Positions 9,090 to 18,471 of a stretch of 64,000 bases of DNA are shown here, piece after piece. Source of the stretch: Candidatus Krumholzibacteriota bacterium (GTDB taxonomy: Bacteria > Krumholzibacteriota > Krumholzibacteriia > JAJRXK01); the NCBI GenBank assembly GCA_963764625.1, contig CAVXTH010000009.1, positions 544,001-608,000 of the forward strand. Reading direction: 5' to 3'. Positions within the stretch are counted from its first letter, which is position 1. The number at the start of each line of letters is the position of its first letter. The position numbers and the translations under genes are program-made. Under the pieces are notes generated by a model. It was given only the letters and a program-made list of their open reading frames with translations. It was not told the origin of the DNA and did not search any database.

Positions 9090-10096
9090 AAACTCTTCTG
9101 ATGGACAGAGAACTGCTGCTCACCGACATGACCGAACCCGGACTCACCGAGGGAAGCCTGAGGATCAAGGTTCTCATGAGCGCCATCACGGGACTAGACG
9201 TCGACGTCGCGACCGGCCGCCGTCCCTATACCGGCATTCCCGGAACCTGTTTCGTGGGAAGGGTGGAGGAAAGTCGCGGCAACGAAGGCCGCGCCCTGGT
9301 GGGATCGCGGGTGGTGGGTCGATCGATCTACGGCTGTGGAATGTGCGATGCGTGTCGCCTCGGTCACGATGAACGCTGTCGAGATCGCGTACGCCCCGGG
9401 CTCTTCGGAGCGGCTGGGGGACAGGCGGAGTACATTCACTTGCCGACGCGGGCGGTGGCGGTCGTGCCGCACGGCGTGAAGGACGAAGCCGCGGTGCTTT
9501 CTCCTCTCATTGCGGCCATCTACGAATCGCTGAGCCGCGGGCAACTTCCCCGCTGGACGAACGTGCTCGTGGTGGGGGACGGGGGCATCGGCATGCTGGC
9601 TGCGCTCTCGCTCGCCTCGGCCGGATATACGGTGACGCTTCGCGGCAAGCACGGTGACCGCTTCGATCTCATCCGCCGCCACGGTATCCATTTCAATCTG
9701 GCGACCGACGAAGATGAAATGAATGGAATCCGCCCGGGCCGCTTCGGCCCCGCGCTCGCCAGCTACCCCTTCATCTTTGAGGCCACCGGCCGCTCAGGGG
9801 GCTGGATGGCGGCCACCCACCTGGTCTGCCCCGGGGGAACCATTTTCGAGGTGAGCTCCTGCCACGACGGGGTGCCGCGCTCCCTGACTCTGGTTCTGGA
9901 CAAGAGCATTCGCGTGCTGGGTCTACGTCAGGGTCCCCTGGAACCGATTCTCAGCATTCTCGCGGCGGAACTCTTCGATCCCGTCGAGGTGGTGAGCCAC
10001 ATCTATCCCCTCGAGGAAGCGGTGCAGGCCTACTCGAAGGTCAGCGATCAGCACGAACGTCTCGCGCTGGTGAGAATCTCCTCCCGGGAGAACTAG
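9086..10096 (+). CDS. Second MDR-family paralogue, catalytic Zn site degenerate
   Basis: ATGA overlap with the previous gene; CGMCDAC-x7-C and VVGDGGIG retained; AITGLD and GTCFVG replace GICxxD and GHExxG. Confidence 0.85.
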   Translation: MKTLLMDRELLLTDMTEPGLTEGSLRIKVLMSAITGLDVDVATGRRPYTGIPGTCFVGRVEESRGNEGRALVGSRVVGRSIYGCGMCDACRLGHDERCRDRVRPGLFGAAGGQAEYIHLPTRAVAVVPHGVKDEAAVLSPLIAAIYESLSRGQLPRWTNVLVVGDGGIGMLAALSLASAGYTVTLRGKHGDRFDLIRRHGIHFNLATDEDEMNGIRPGRFGPALASYPFIFEATGRSGGWMAATHLVCPGGTIFEVSSCHDGVPRSLTLVLDKSIRVLGLRQGPLEPILSILAAELFDPVEVVSHIYPLEEAVQAYSKVSDQHERLALVRISSREN

Positions 10097-11184
10097 TGGA
10101 TGCGGATGGTGCCGCTTCCCGTATCCAGGCTATAGCGTCCTTTTCCCGCTCCCACCGTCAGCAGCGCGTAGTCTTTCGAGTGTTTCTCGATGGTCGCGCC
10201 TTCGTAGTCGATGTCGACGCCGCCGCTCCCGGTATCCGCTTCGATCCGCGCGGAGGTCTCGGGCGCCAGGACGAGTTCGATGCTACCGCTGCCCGTATCC
10301 ACCAGTAGATTCTCGCAGAGCACGTTGCGGCACAGAACCGACCCACTCCCGGTGTCGGCCTTCAGGTGCTTCGTCTTGATCGTATCGAGCGTCACTCCTC
10401 CGCTGCCGGTGTCGATGTACACGTCCTGCGCTTTGATGGAGCTGAGTTCTACCTGGCCACTGCCGGTGTCGGCATGGAGGTTACCTTTCAGGCCGTGCAC
10501 GATTACGTGGCCACTGCCGGTGTCGATGTTCACCTCGCCCTCGGCCTCACTGACCGAGACGTGGCCACTGCCGGTGTCGATGAGCAGACTACCCTTGATT
10601 CTCGCCGCCGTGACGGGACCGGAATGGACATCCAAGTTCAGGTCGGCCGTCAAGTCCTGGGCTTCGATGGTGCCGCACCCCAGGTAGAGCTTGGTGCCCT
10701 TCCCGCGGGGAACCTCGATGCGCAGATCCGCCCAGATCTCCAGGCCCTTCCCCGATCCGCGGACCTCGACCCTCTCGGAGGAACCGAAAAACTTGGCGAA
10801 CCAGCTCCGACTCTCTCCCGACCCCAGGCTCGAACGGAAGCTGGAGCGCGAATGCGCTCCCAGCGCGGGATAGACGTAGTCTCGCTCCTTGTCGGTGGGA
10901 AACTGCACGAGGACGCGCACCTTTCCGCCTTGCTCTTCACTCTTCAGTTGGATGTGGTCCTCGCTGGCATCCTTGCCGCGAACGTCGACATGGATCTTGA
11001 ATTGGTCGCCCTCGCCGCCCACCAGCTGGACCTTTCCGATCAGATTCGAGAGGGTGAGTTCGTCGCCCCGCAGGTTCAGTTCCTTCTGGAACTCGGCGTG
11101 GGCCGCCTGGGGGACGGCCACGAGGATGGCGGTGAGAAGGAGAAGCAGCGAAAGAACGCGTGGATGGGTATTCTGGTTGGACAT
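10093..11184 (-). CDS. Secreted DUF4097/adhesin-like beta-strand repeat protein
   Basis: ATG 11184 with GGAG; signal peptide ending AHA; about 8 DTGSG repeats, mostly spaced 18-22 aa apart. Confidence 0.88.
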   Translation of the reverse strand: MSNQNTHPRVLSLLLLLTAILVAVPQAAHAEFQKELNLRGDELTLSNLIGKVQLVGGEGDQFKIHVDVRGKDASEDHIQLKSEEQGGKVRVLVQFPTDKERDYVYPALGAHSRSSFRSSLGSGESRSWFAKFFGSSERVEVRGSGKGLEIWADLRIEVPRGKGTKLYLGCGTIEAQDLTADLNLDVHSGPVTAARIKGSLLIDTGSGHVSVSEAEGEVNIDTGSGHVIVHGLKGNLHADTGSGQVELSSIKAQDVYIDTGSGGVTLDTIKTKHLKADTGSGSVLCRNVLCENLLVDTGSGSIELVLAPETSARIEADTGSGGVDIDYEGATIEKHSKDYALLTVGAGKGRYSLDTGSGTIRIH

Positions 11185-11299
11185 CGGAAGTCTCCAGGAG
11201 AATGGGGGAGCGCGGAGATCGAACTCTCTCCGCTCACGGCTCTTTTGGTTGGACGCATCGAGGTCGCAAATGGTTTCACGGGCCAAGGAGCAAGAGTCG

Positions 11300-12124
11300 A
11301 TGGGGGGCAAGCGGGGCGCGAAGAAGGAAGGGGGCTCGGCCGGCGAGCGGCTGCACCGAAGCGAGAGCGGCGGGGTGGCGGTCTGGCGGCTCGGGCGCGG
11401 CCGCGGGAACGCGCTGGACGAGAGCAGTTTGCAGGCCCTGGCCTACACTTTCAAGGGGGCGAAGGACGATCCTCGACCCGTCGTCCTGGCCGGGGGGAAT
11501 CGCTCGTTCTGCACCGGTCTCGATCTCCAGGAGGCGATCGAGTTGAATCGGGCCGGGATGGCCCGGCTGATGAGAGCGTTTGAGCAGGCGTTGAAGGCCT
11601 GTTATCTTCACCCCGCTCCGGTGGTGGCGGCGGTGCGAGGGCATGCTCTCGCGGGTGGGGCCCTGCTGGCACTTTGTTGCGATCGACGCATCCTGGCCGA
11701 TCGAGGCTGTCGTTTCGGTATCCACGGCATCCACCTGGGGGTTTCGTATCCTCAGCTCCCGATCGAGGTACTGCGCGATGGCTGGCCCAGGCCACGCTGT
11801 GAGGAATTGCTCTACGAGGGACGCATCCATGAACCCGAGGACGCTCTCGCGCGAGGGCTCGTCGATCGGATCGTACCCCCCGAAGACGTGGAGCCAGAAG
11901 CCATCGCATGCGCGCTTGAGTTGGCGTCTCCCTCGCTCGCGGCGTACGCCCTCGCCAAGGCCGGCCTTCGCCGGCGAGTCCGGGAGCGGCTGGCGCGCAT
12001 CCGCCCCGCGGCGGACGAGTCCTGGCTCGACCAGTGGTTCTCGCCCCAGACGCAAGCCAATCTCTCGCGAGCGAGGGACGCTTTGGTCGACGGCGAAGGG
12101 AAGAAGCCGGGTGAGACTTCCTGA
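11300..12124 (+). CDS. Enoyl-CoA hydratase/isomerase (crotonase) family protein 1
   Basis: GNALD, FCTGLDL, PVVAAVRGHALAGGALLALCCD; ATG 11300 after AGGAG. Confidence 0.88.
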   Translation: MGGKRGAKKEGGSAGERLHRSESGGVAVWRLGRGRGNALDESSLQALAYTFKGAKDDPRPVVLAGGNRSFCTGLDLQEAIELNRAGMARLMRAFEQALKACYLHPAPVVAAVRGHALAGGALLALCCDRRILADRGCRFGIHGIHLGVSYPQLPIEVLRDGWPRPRCEELLYEGRIHEPEDALARGLVDRIVPPEDVEPEAIACALELASPSLAAYALAKAGLRRRVRERLARIRPAADESWLDQWFSPQTQANLSRARDALVDGEGKKPGETS

Positions 12125-12186
12125 GATTCACTTCCAGCCGCGGGATGGGTTCCAAGAGAATCCGCGGCCCTTCTGTCTGGAGAGAA

Positions 12187-12939
12187 ATGATTTCATGCGA
12201 AACACGCGACGGAGTTAGCATTCTCCACATGGAGCGTGGGCACGGAAACGCGCTCTCGCTCGAGTTTCTCGTGGCGATCCAGGAGCAACTCGACGCCGCC
12301 CACCGAGACCTTCCCCGCGGTTTGGTTCTCACCGGTAGCGGTTCCATTTTCTGCGCCGGACTCGACCTGGAGCAGATGATGAAACTGGATCGCGTGGAGA
12401 TCCGCCGGCTTCTGCACCAACTCTACGGAGTGTGCCGCCAACTCTTTGCGTTTCCCCGTCCCGTCGTGGCCGCGATCAATGGGCATGCGATCGCGGGAGG
12501 TGCGCTCTTGGCCTTGGCCTGCGATCTGCGGGTGATGGCCCAGGGAGAGGGAAAGTTCGGTTTGAACGAGAGCGCGATCGGTCTCGCGGTGCCACCGAGT
12601 CTGGTCGAGATGGGACGCTACACGCTCGATCGACCCCTGCTCGAAAGGCTCATGTACGGAGGCCTCGTCTACCCGGCTTTCAAGGCCTTCGACATGGGAA
12701 TCCTGGACATCCTGGTGGAAACCGAGCAACTGCTTGAGCACGCGGTTCTCTCGGTAGAACGCTGGACGAGTTCCGTCACCGCGTTCGCGGAGATCAAGGC
12801 TCGGTTGAAGGGGCCCACCCTCGACGCCATGACTGCGGCGCACCTGGAAGACGAGGCGTGGATCAGGCTGTGGTTCCGGCCGCAGACCCAGCGCAGACTC
12901 GCCGCCGCGCTCGCGACGCTGAAGAACAAAGGAAACTGA
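12187..12939 (+). CDS. Enoyl-CoA hydratase/isomerase family protein 2 (delta3,delta2-enoyl-CoA isomerase-like)
   Basis: FCAGLDL, PVVAAINGHAIAGG, KFGLNE with the catalytic Glu. Confidence 0.9.
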   Translation: MISCETRDGVSILHMERGHGNALSLEFLVAIQEQLDAAHRDLPRGLVLTGSGSIFCAGLDLEQMMKLDRVEIRRLLHQLYGVCRQLFAFPRPVVAAINGHAIAGGALLALACDLRVMAQGEGKFGLNESAIGLAVPPSLVEMGRYTLDRPLLERLMYGGLVYPAFKAFDMGILDILVETEQLLEHAVLSVERWTSSVTAFAEIKARLKGPTLDAMTAAHLEDEAWIRLWFRPQTQRRLAAALATLKNKGN

Positions 12940-12940
12940 G

Positions 12941-14035
12941 ATGAGATCGATCCGCCGCGATCATCCCCTGCTCTTTCTTCCCGGACCGACCGAAGTCCTC
13001 CCCGAGGTTGCTCACGCCGCTACGCTACCGATGATCGGACATCGCGGACCCGAGATTTCGCAACTGCTGCAGGACACGATGGGCAAAGTCGCCGCGGTGA
13101 TTCACACCACCGCCTCGGTCTTTCCTCTGTCGTCTTCCGCCACCGGCGCCATGGAAGGTGCGATCCGCAATCTGGGTGACGGGCCGGTTCTGCACCTGGT
13201 CGGCGGGGCGTTCTCCAAGCGCTGGTCGAATGTACGCGCTGCCTGCGGAAAGGATGGCGACGAGCTTGTGGTGGACTGGGGTGAGCCCATCGATCCCGAC
13301 CGCGTGCGCGGGGCCCTGCGCGAGAAGCGCTATCGGGCGGTAACTCTCGTGCACAACGAAACTTCGACCGGGGTCTTGAATCCGCTCGCGGAGATCGCCG
13401 GCGTGGTGCGCGCGGAGAGCGACGCGCTGTTCTTCGTGGACACCGTATCCTCGATGGCCGCAGTCGAACTACGCCTGGACGATTGGGGAGTCGATCTCTG
13501 TCTCGCGGGCACGCAGAAGGCGTGGGCGCTGCCGCCGGGTCTCACCCTCGTCGCGGTCTCCGCGCGAGCCCTGAAAGAGAGCGAGACCGCGTCGAACAAG
13601 GGCTACTACTTCGACTGGCTTCTCCACAAGAGCAAGATGGATTCGTGGCAGACTCCTACTACGCCCCCCATCTCCCTGCTCTTTCAACTTCAGGCTGCGC
13701 TCGAACTGATGGAGAGAGAAGGGCTGACGCGCCGTTACGCACGCCACGAAGCCATGAGAGACCACGTGCTCGCCTGGGCCGCCGGTCGTTTCGAGCCCTT
13801 CGCGCGCGAGGGCTTTCGTTCCCCCACGCTCACCGCCCTCTCCGTCGATGAAGTCGCGGTCGACGAGTGGCTGGCCGCCTGTCGCCAACGAGGGTTCGTG
13901 GTCGGCGCCGGTTACGGCGCCACCAAGGGAAGTGTGATTCGCATCGGACACATGGGGGAACTCGACCTGGAGCTCCTGGAGGAATGCCTGCGCGCCCTCG
14001 ACGAGGAGTGGGAAGCGCGACGGAGACGGTCATGA
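12941..14035 (+). CDS. Class V PLP aminotransferase (alanine-glyoxylate/serine-pyruvate type; probable phosphoserine aminotransferase)
   Basis: LPGPT, HNETSTG, VDTVSS, GTQKAW (PLP Lys), RIGHMG; coupled to serA. Confidence 0.9.
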   Translation: MRSIRRDHPLLFLPGPTEVLPEVAHAATLPMIGHRGPEISQLLQDTMGKVAAVIHTTASVFPLSSSATGAMEGAIRNLGDGPVLHLVGGAFSKRWSNVRAACGKDGDELVVDWGEPIDPDRVRGALREKRYRAVTLVHNETSTGVLNPLAEIAGVVRAESDALFFVDTVSSMAAVELRLDDWGVDLCLAGTQKAWALPPGLTLVAVSARALKESETASNKGYYFDWLLHKSKMDSWQTPTTPPISLLFQLQAALELMEREGLTRRYARHEAMRDHVLAWAAGRFEPFAREGFRSPTLTALSVDEVAVDEWLAACRQRGFVVGAGYGATKGSVIRIGHMGELDLELLEECLRALDEEWEARRRRS

Positions 14036-15036
14036 CACCAAGCGATGAGACGAAGCGCTCCACCCAAGGGCAGGCCGCGGGTGACTGGGGACCGGTGGTG
14101 GCGCTGGATACGATTGCCCCCAGGGGACTGGCGTGGCTAAAGGAGGCGAAATTCGAGGTGATCGACGCGAGCGGCGCCTCCGCCGCCGCGCGCACCGCTG
14201 CTCTCTCGAGAGCTTCTTGCATCCTGGTGCGTAGTGCGAGCCGAGTTGATGCCAAGCTCCTGGATCAGGCCCCTCACCTGAGAGTGGTCGTGCGCGCCGG
14301 CGTGGGGCTGGACAAGATCGATCTAGAGGAAGCGACACGCCGCGGCATTTTCGTCTTCAATACCCCCGGGGGAAACGCGTTGGCGGCGGCCGAACTCACT
14401 TTCGCGCTTCTCTTGGCTCTGGTTCGCCGGGTGACGTTGAGTCATGCCGCGCTCGGGCGGGGCGAATGGGAGCGGCAGCGTTACCAGGGCACGGAGTTGG
14501 CCGGCAAGAGCCTGGGAGTGATCGGAGTCGGCCGGATCGGGACTCTGGTGGCCGAGCGGGCGAAGGCCTTCCAGATGAAAGTGCTGGCCCACGATCCCTT
14601 CCTTACCCCGCCACGCGCGAGGGATGAGGGCTGGGAGAAGCTGGAGCTCGACGAAGCGCTTGGACGCGCCGACATCGTCACGCTCCATCTGCCGCTCAGC
14701 GAGGAAACCCGCGGTCTCTTGGGCGCGCGCGAAATTGCCCTCATGAAGAAAGGCGCGCTGCTGGTGAACTGCGCGCGCGGAGGACTGGTGGAGGAAGCAG
14801 CGTTGACCGACGCGCTCGTTTCCGGCCATCTGGCCGGCGCCGCTCTGGACGTCTACGAACAGGAGCCCCCCCCGGTCGACCATCCTCTTCTCTCCCTGGA
14901 GCAGGTCGTGCACACGCCCCATCTGGGAGCGTCGACGGAAGAGGCGAAGCAGAGAGTCGGCCTCATGGCGGCGCAGCTGATCGTGGAGTTCCTGCGCGAC
15001 GGGGTTACCACTGGCGCGGTCAATTCGCCGAAGTAG
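14032..15036 (+). CDS. serA: D-3-phosphoglycerate dehydrogenase (short form, no ACT domain)
   Basis: RAGVGLDKID, GVIGVGRIG, VNCARGG, AALDVY, TPHLGAST; ATGA overlap with the aminotransferase. Confidence 0.8.
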   Translation: MTPSDETKRSTQGQAAGDWGPVVALDTIAPRGLAWLKEAKFEVIDASGASAAARTAALSRASCILVRSASRVDAKLLDQAPHLRVVVRAGVGLDKIDLEEATRRGIFVFNTPGGNALAAAELTFALLLALVRRVTLSHAALGRGEWERQRYQGTELAGKSLGVIGVGRIGTLVAERAKAFQMKVLAHDPFLTPPRARDEGWEKLELDEALGRADIVTLHLPLSEETRGLLGAREIALMKKGALLVNCARGGLVEEAALTDALVSGHLAGAALDVYEQEPPPVDHPLLSLEQVVHTPHLGASTEEAKQRVGLMAAQLIVEFLRDGVTTGAVNSPK

Positions 15037-15066
15037 CGCCGCGAGTTCGCGGCACCGCGCTTTCTC

Positions 15067-17184
15067 TCACCAGCTGAAGAAATAGAGATCGGCCGGTTGC
15101 GGCTTGAGCTCGACGAGCGCGGATCCTTCGGGATAGAGGTCGGGCGCACCGTCCTTTTCGTCGTGCCAAACCAAACGGAGTTCGGACCCTGGGTCCTCCT
15201 TCAATTCGAAAGTGATCGCCACGAGCTGTCTCGCGGAGTCTTCCACCGGACCGAAGCGCAGGAAGCTGCGGTAGAGATCTCCGTGAATGGGAACGTCGAG
15301 CTCGTAGATTTCCATGAGCCGATTCCATCCTCCGTTCTCCCATTTCCAGATTCGGATGCGCAGTCCAACCGTCAGGGAGTCCGCGTCGGTGCGCCATCGC
15401 ACCGCTAAGCCCTCGAGATCGCGCGGACCCACCCGAAAGCTCTGCCCCACTTCGAATTTCGTGCGTAGGGCGGGACTCATCCCGTTGCCGACGCTCTGCT
15501 CAACGTCGGGAAGACGCTGGGGAAGAGTGAGTTCGGTGAGTGTTTCTTTGCTCTGCAGATGCTCGAGCACGCGAAACTTCAAGTTGCGGCTCACCACGTT
15601 ACCCAGCACCCGGTAGTTGTCGCGCAAGTAGTCCCAGCATCCCGGTGCGAGTTCTTCGACCTGTTCTCCGGTGTAGTTCCACGAGAGACCCAACAGCACG
15701 TGCAGTGGAGCGCTCTTCTCCAATTGCTCGGCCAGGCGTTCCCCGTGGTTCACGCGCCGCGGAAGCAGCACCGCCTGCGGCACGGCCAGGGGGGCATCGG
15801 TGAGAAAATTGAGCGCGGGCGCGTCAGGCCAAACCAGGAGAGCTTCGTCATTCCCACCGGTCTCGCGCGGGAGAATCGAGAAGAGCGAGTCGAGCTTGCT
15901 CACGCGCTCCGACTCGAGCGCGATACCAGCGCGTGGCCGTTGCCACCAGCGCAAACCCGTGCGGTGTGAGTTCGCCACGAGCCAGGAGTTCTCCAAGATG
16001 GGAAGGGACCATACCACGAGCACCAGGAAGAGCGCCGTGCCCGCGCGGAGCACGGGCCGGCGCACTTCGCTGAGGAGCAAGGGCAAGAGAATCAGCACTC
16101 CGAGCCACGCGCGATGTGAGTTCATGGCGTCGCCATGCAGAAGCGTTCCAACCAGGGGAGCGGTGGCCAGAATCATGAGCGGACGCATTCGCGCTTGCCG
16201 GAAGGCGGGCTTGGACCATGCCCAGATCACGCAGGCAAAGAGCAACAGGTTTTGCAGACGGAACGAGAGAACCCGAAGCACGGGCGCGGCGGGGAAGAGC
16301 TCGGGAAGCGTTTCGCCGGTCCTCAAGCTCTTGAAGGGGGAGAGCGCCTCGCGCGCGCTCCACATGCCGTTTCCCAAATGGACGAAGGAGAAGCTCGCGA
16401 TCTGATGGAAAGCATTTGACACCCCCGTCAGCAGAACTTGATCGAGTCCCGCGGCCAGATTGCCTTCCAAGAGCGAGAGCAGCAGGACCACCAGGCAGGG
16501 AATGGCCGCGCCCAACAGGAGCAGACGCGTCGCGTGCGCGCGCAGCGATTCCAACTCTCGGCCGAAAGCGCTTAGAGTTCCCCAGCTCAGAAGCACTGCG
16601 AGGAGGAATCCGTCCAGACCACTCACCGCGGTCAGGCCCAAGATGAGTCCGGCGCCGCCCAAGAGGAGGTAAATGCCCTTTCGCGCGCCCGCCCGCCCGG
16701 TTGGGTCCTCTCGCCCCAGCACGATCGCACTCTGCAGGAGGGCTGCCGCGAGGCCCGCCATGAGGTAGCGCGGGGGGAAGGGCGCCAGGACCACCACGCC
16801 GAGCGGCGCGATCCAGGCCAAACTTCTTTTCCCCGCGCGCCAAGCCCACGCCGCGCAGAGCCCCGCCGCCAGGGAGTCGACGATCGCCTTCAGGAGCGCG
16901 AGCGCGGCCGCCTTTTCTCCCAGAAAGAAGAACACCAGCCGCAAGAGCTCGGCATCGAGGGGTCCCTCACGCGTGACGAGGTGGCGATACAGCGCCTGCC
17001 CGCTCTGCAAGAGCGAGGCGGAGAGGAGCCAGATTCCGTCCTGGAGGAAATCGAGTCCCTGACTCCGCACGCGCAGATCGAACCCGAGAACCACGATTGA
17101 GCAGAGCAGACCGAAAACGAGCGCGCCGCGGATTCTCTTCGAATCGGCTCGTGAGGAGGGGAGATTCTGCGCGGTGGACTCCAT
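15067..17184 (-). CDS. Polytopic membrane protein (GT-C-like N-terminus) with soluble C-terminal beta domain
   Basis: 705-aa ORF with about 10 hydrophobic segments and QDGIW...LYRHL...GP in the first loop; 6 nt downstream of a GT4 gene. Confidence 0.65.
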   Translation of the reverse strand: MESTAQNLPSSRADSKRIRGALVFGLLCSIVVLGFDLRVRSQGLDFLQDGIWLLSASLLQSGQALYRHLVTREGPLDAELLRLVFFFLGEKAAALALLKAIVDSLAAGLCAAWAWRAGKRSLAWIAPLGVVVLAPFPPRYLMAGLAAALLQSAIVLGREDPTGRAGARKGIYLLLGGAGLILGLTAVSGLDGFLLAVLLSWGTLSAFGRELESLRAHATRLLLLGAAIPCLVVLLLSLLEGNLAAGLDQVLLTGVSNAFHQIASFSFVHLGNGMWSAREALSPFKSLRTGETLPELFPAAPVLRVLSFRLQNLLLFACVIWAWSKPAFRQARMRPLMILATAPLVGTLLHGDAMNSHRAWLGVLILLPLLLSEVRRPVLRAGTALFLVLVVWSLPILENSWLVANSHRTGLRWWQRPRAGIALESERVSKLDSLFSILPRETGGNDEALLVWPDAPALNFLTDAPLAVPQAVLLPRRVNHGERLAEQLEKSAPLHVLLGLSWNYTGEQVEELAPGCWDYLRDNYRVLGNVVSRNLKFRVLEHLQSKETLTELTLPQRLPDVEQSVGNGMSPALRTKFEVGQSFRVGPRDLEGLAVRWRTDADSLTVGLRIRIWKWENGGWNRLMEIYELDVPIHGDLYRSFLRFGPVEDSARQLVAITFELKEDPGSELRLVWHDEKDGAPDLYPEGSALVELKPQPADLYFFSW

Positions 17185-17190
17185 GGAGCA

Positions 17191-18336
17191 TCAATATCGA
17201 GACGGCGTGCCGGAGATGGCAACCGGGGCGCCCAGAACTTCCCGGTAAGCCGCGAGGGTGAGGGATACGGTGCGCTGGATCTCGAAGTGTTCTTCGACCC
17301 GTTTGCGTCCCGCTTCTCCGTAGCGGCGGGCGAGCGCGGGGTCTTTCAGAAGGGAGGCCATGGCGTGCGCCAGACCTTCGATGTCCTTGGGTGGCAGAAG
17401 GCGGCCGGTTTCGCGGTCCACCACCGCATCGGGAATTCCCCCGGCGGCGGTGGCGACCACCGCCTGGCGCATCGCCATCGCGTCGAGGATGGCGGTGCCC
17501 AATCCCTCCTCGACCGAGGTCAACACGAACAGATCGAAACAGGCGGCGTAGGTGAGAGGCTCTTTCACGAAACCGGGAAAAAGGACGCGTTCGGTGAGCC
17601 CGAGTTGCTCGCGAAGCTCCTCGAGCCGCGTGCGCTGGGGCCCCTCGCCCAGGATGACCAGCTGCGCGTCGACCCCCATGCGCAACAGCCGGCCGAACGC
17701 TCGCAGTAGTGTCATTTGATCCTTGTGAGGCACCAGCGCCGCGATGCTGCCCACGAGCTTTCGTCCCACCGGAAGACCCAGGCTCTCCAGCCATTCCTCA
17801 TCACGAGAGAGCTCGTGAAACCGCGTCAGATCGATCCCGCTCGCAACGCGGCGAATGTGCTCGCCGGAAACTCCCACCGACAAGAGCGCCTCCTCCACTC
17901 CGGAACTGATGGCCAGATAGAGGCGGACGCGCGCGCTTCCGTACTTCAGACGATTCAGCACGCCGTCCCTTATGGGGAAGTCCACCCGGCGAGAGACGAG
18001 CAGGGGGATCTCGCCGCGGAGGTGGCAGCACAACAGGCCCAAGGTGTGGGTGTGCGCGGTGTGAGCGTGCAGGAGGGCACCTTGCCGGCGGGCTCTCTGA
18101 GCCAGACGCCAGAGAGAGGAGAGCATTGCCACGCCACGCAGCGGGAGTTCCCAAACCGGCAAGCCCTCCCGCTGAATTCGCTGAGCCAGAGCGCTTCCTT
18201 CAGGACAGACCACGGTGGAGTCACAACCCTCGCGCAGCAGGCCACGGTGCAGATAGAGCACCTGCTGCTGGCCGCCCCGCCAGGTGCGTGCGTCGTCGAG
18301 GTGCAGAACGGAAATGGGGGGTGAGAGAGTGGGCAT
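17191..18336 (-). CDS. Glycosyltransferase family 4 (GT-B)
   Basis: WRGGQQQ, HAHT, EEGLGTAILDAMA, GGIPDAV. Confidence 0.92.
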   Translation of the reverse strand: MPTLSPPISVLHLDDARTWRGGQQQVLYLHRGLLREGCDSTVVCPEGSALAQRIQREGLPVWELPLRGVAMLSSLWRLAQRARRQGALLHAHTAHTHTLGLLCCHLRGEIPLLVSRRVDFPIRDGVLNRLKYGSARVRLYLAISSGVEEALLSVGVSGEHIRRVASGIDLTRFHELSRDEEWLESLGLPVGRKLVGSIAALVPHKDQMTLLRAFGRLLRMGVDAQLVILGEGPQRTRLEELREQLGLTERVLFPGFVKEPLTYAACFDLFVLTSVEEGLGTAILDAMAMRQAVVATAAGGIPDAVVDRETGRLLPPKDIEGLAHAMASLLKDPALARRYGEAGRKRVEEHFEIQRTVSLTLAAYREVLGAPVAISGTPSRY

Positions 18337-18471
18337 ATGGGTCCCTCGGCGCGCGGCTCGAGGGGCATACTAGCCGCCGTCACGGACCAGGGCAAGTGGA
18401 GCAGGGTCTTGCTCCTTTCCGCGCATCCGATACACTGGCACTGGTCACATACCCTCCTCTGGAAGAACGCC

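Noticed and set aside
10110-10580. Near-identical CCACTGCCGGTGTCG repeats at 54-57 nt spacing, superficially CRISPR-like
   Set aside because: They are in-frame DTGSG coding repeats of the DUF4097 protein, short and degenerate at third positions, and no cas genes are present.
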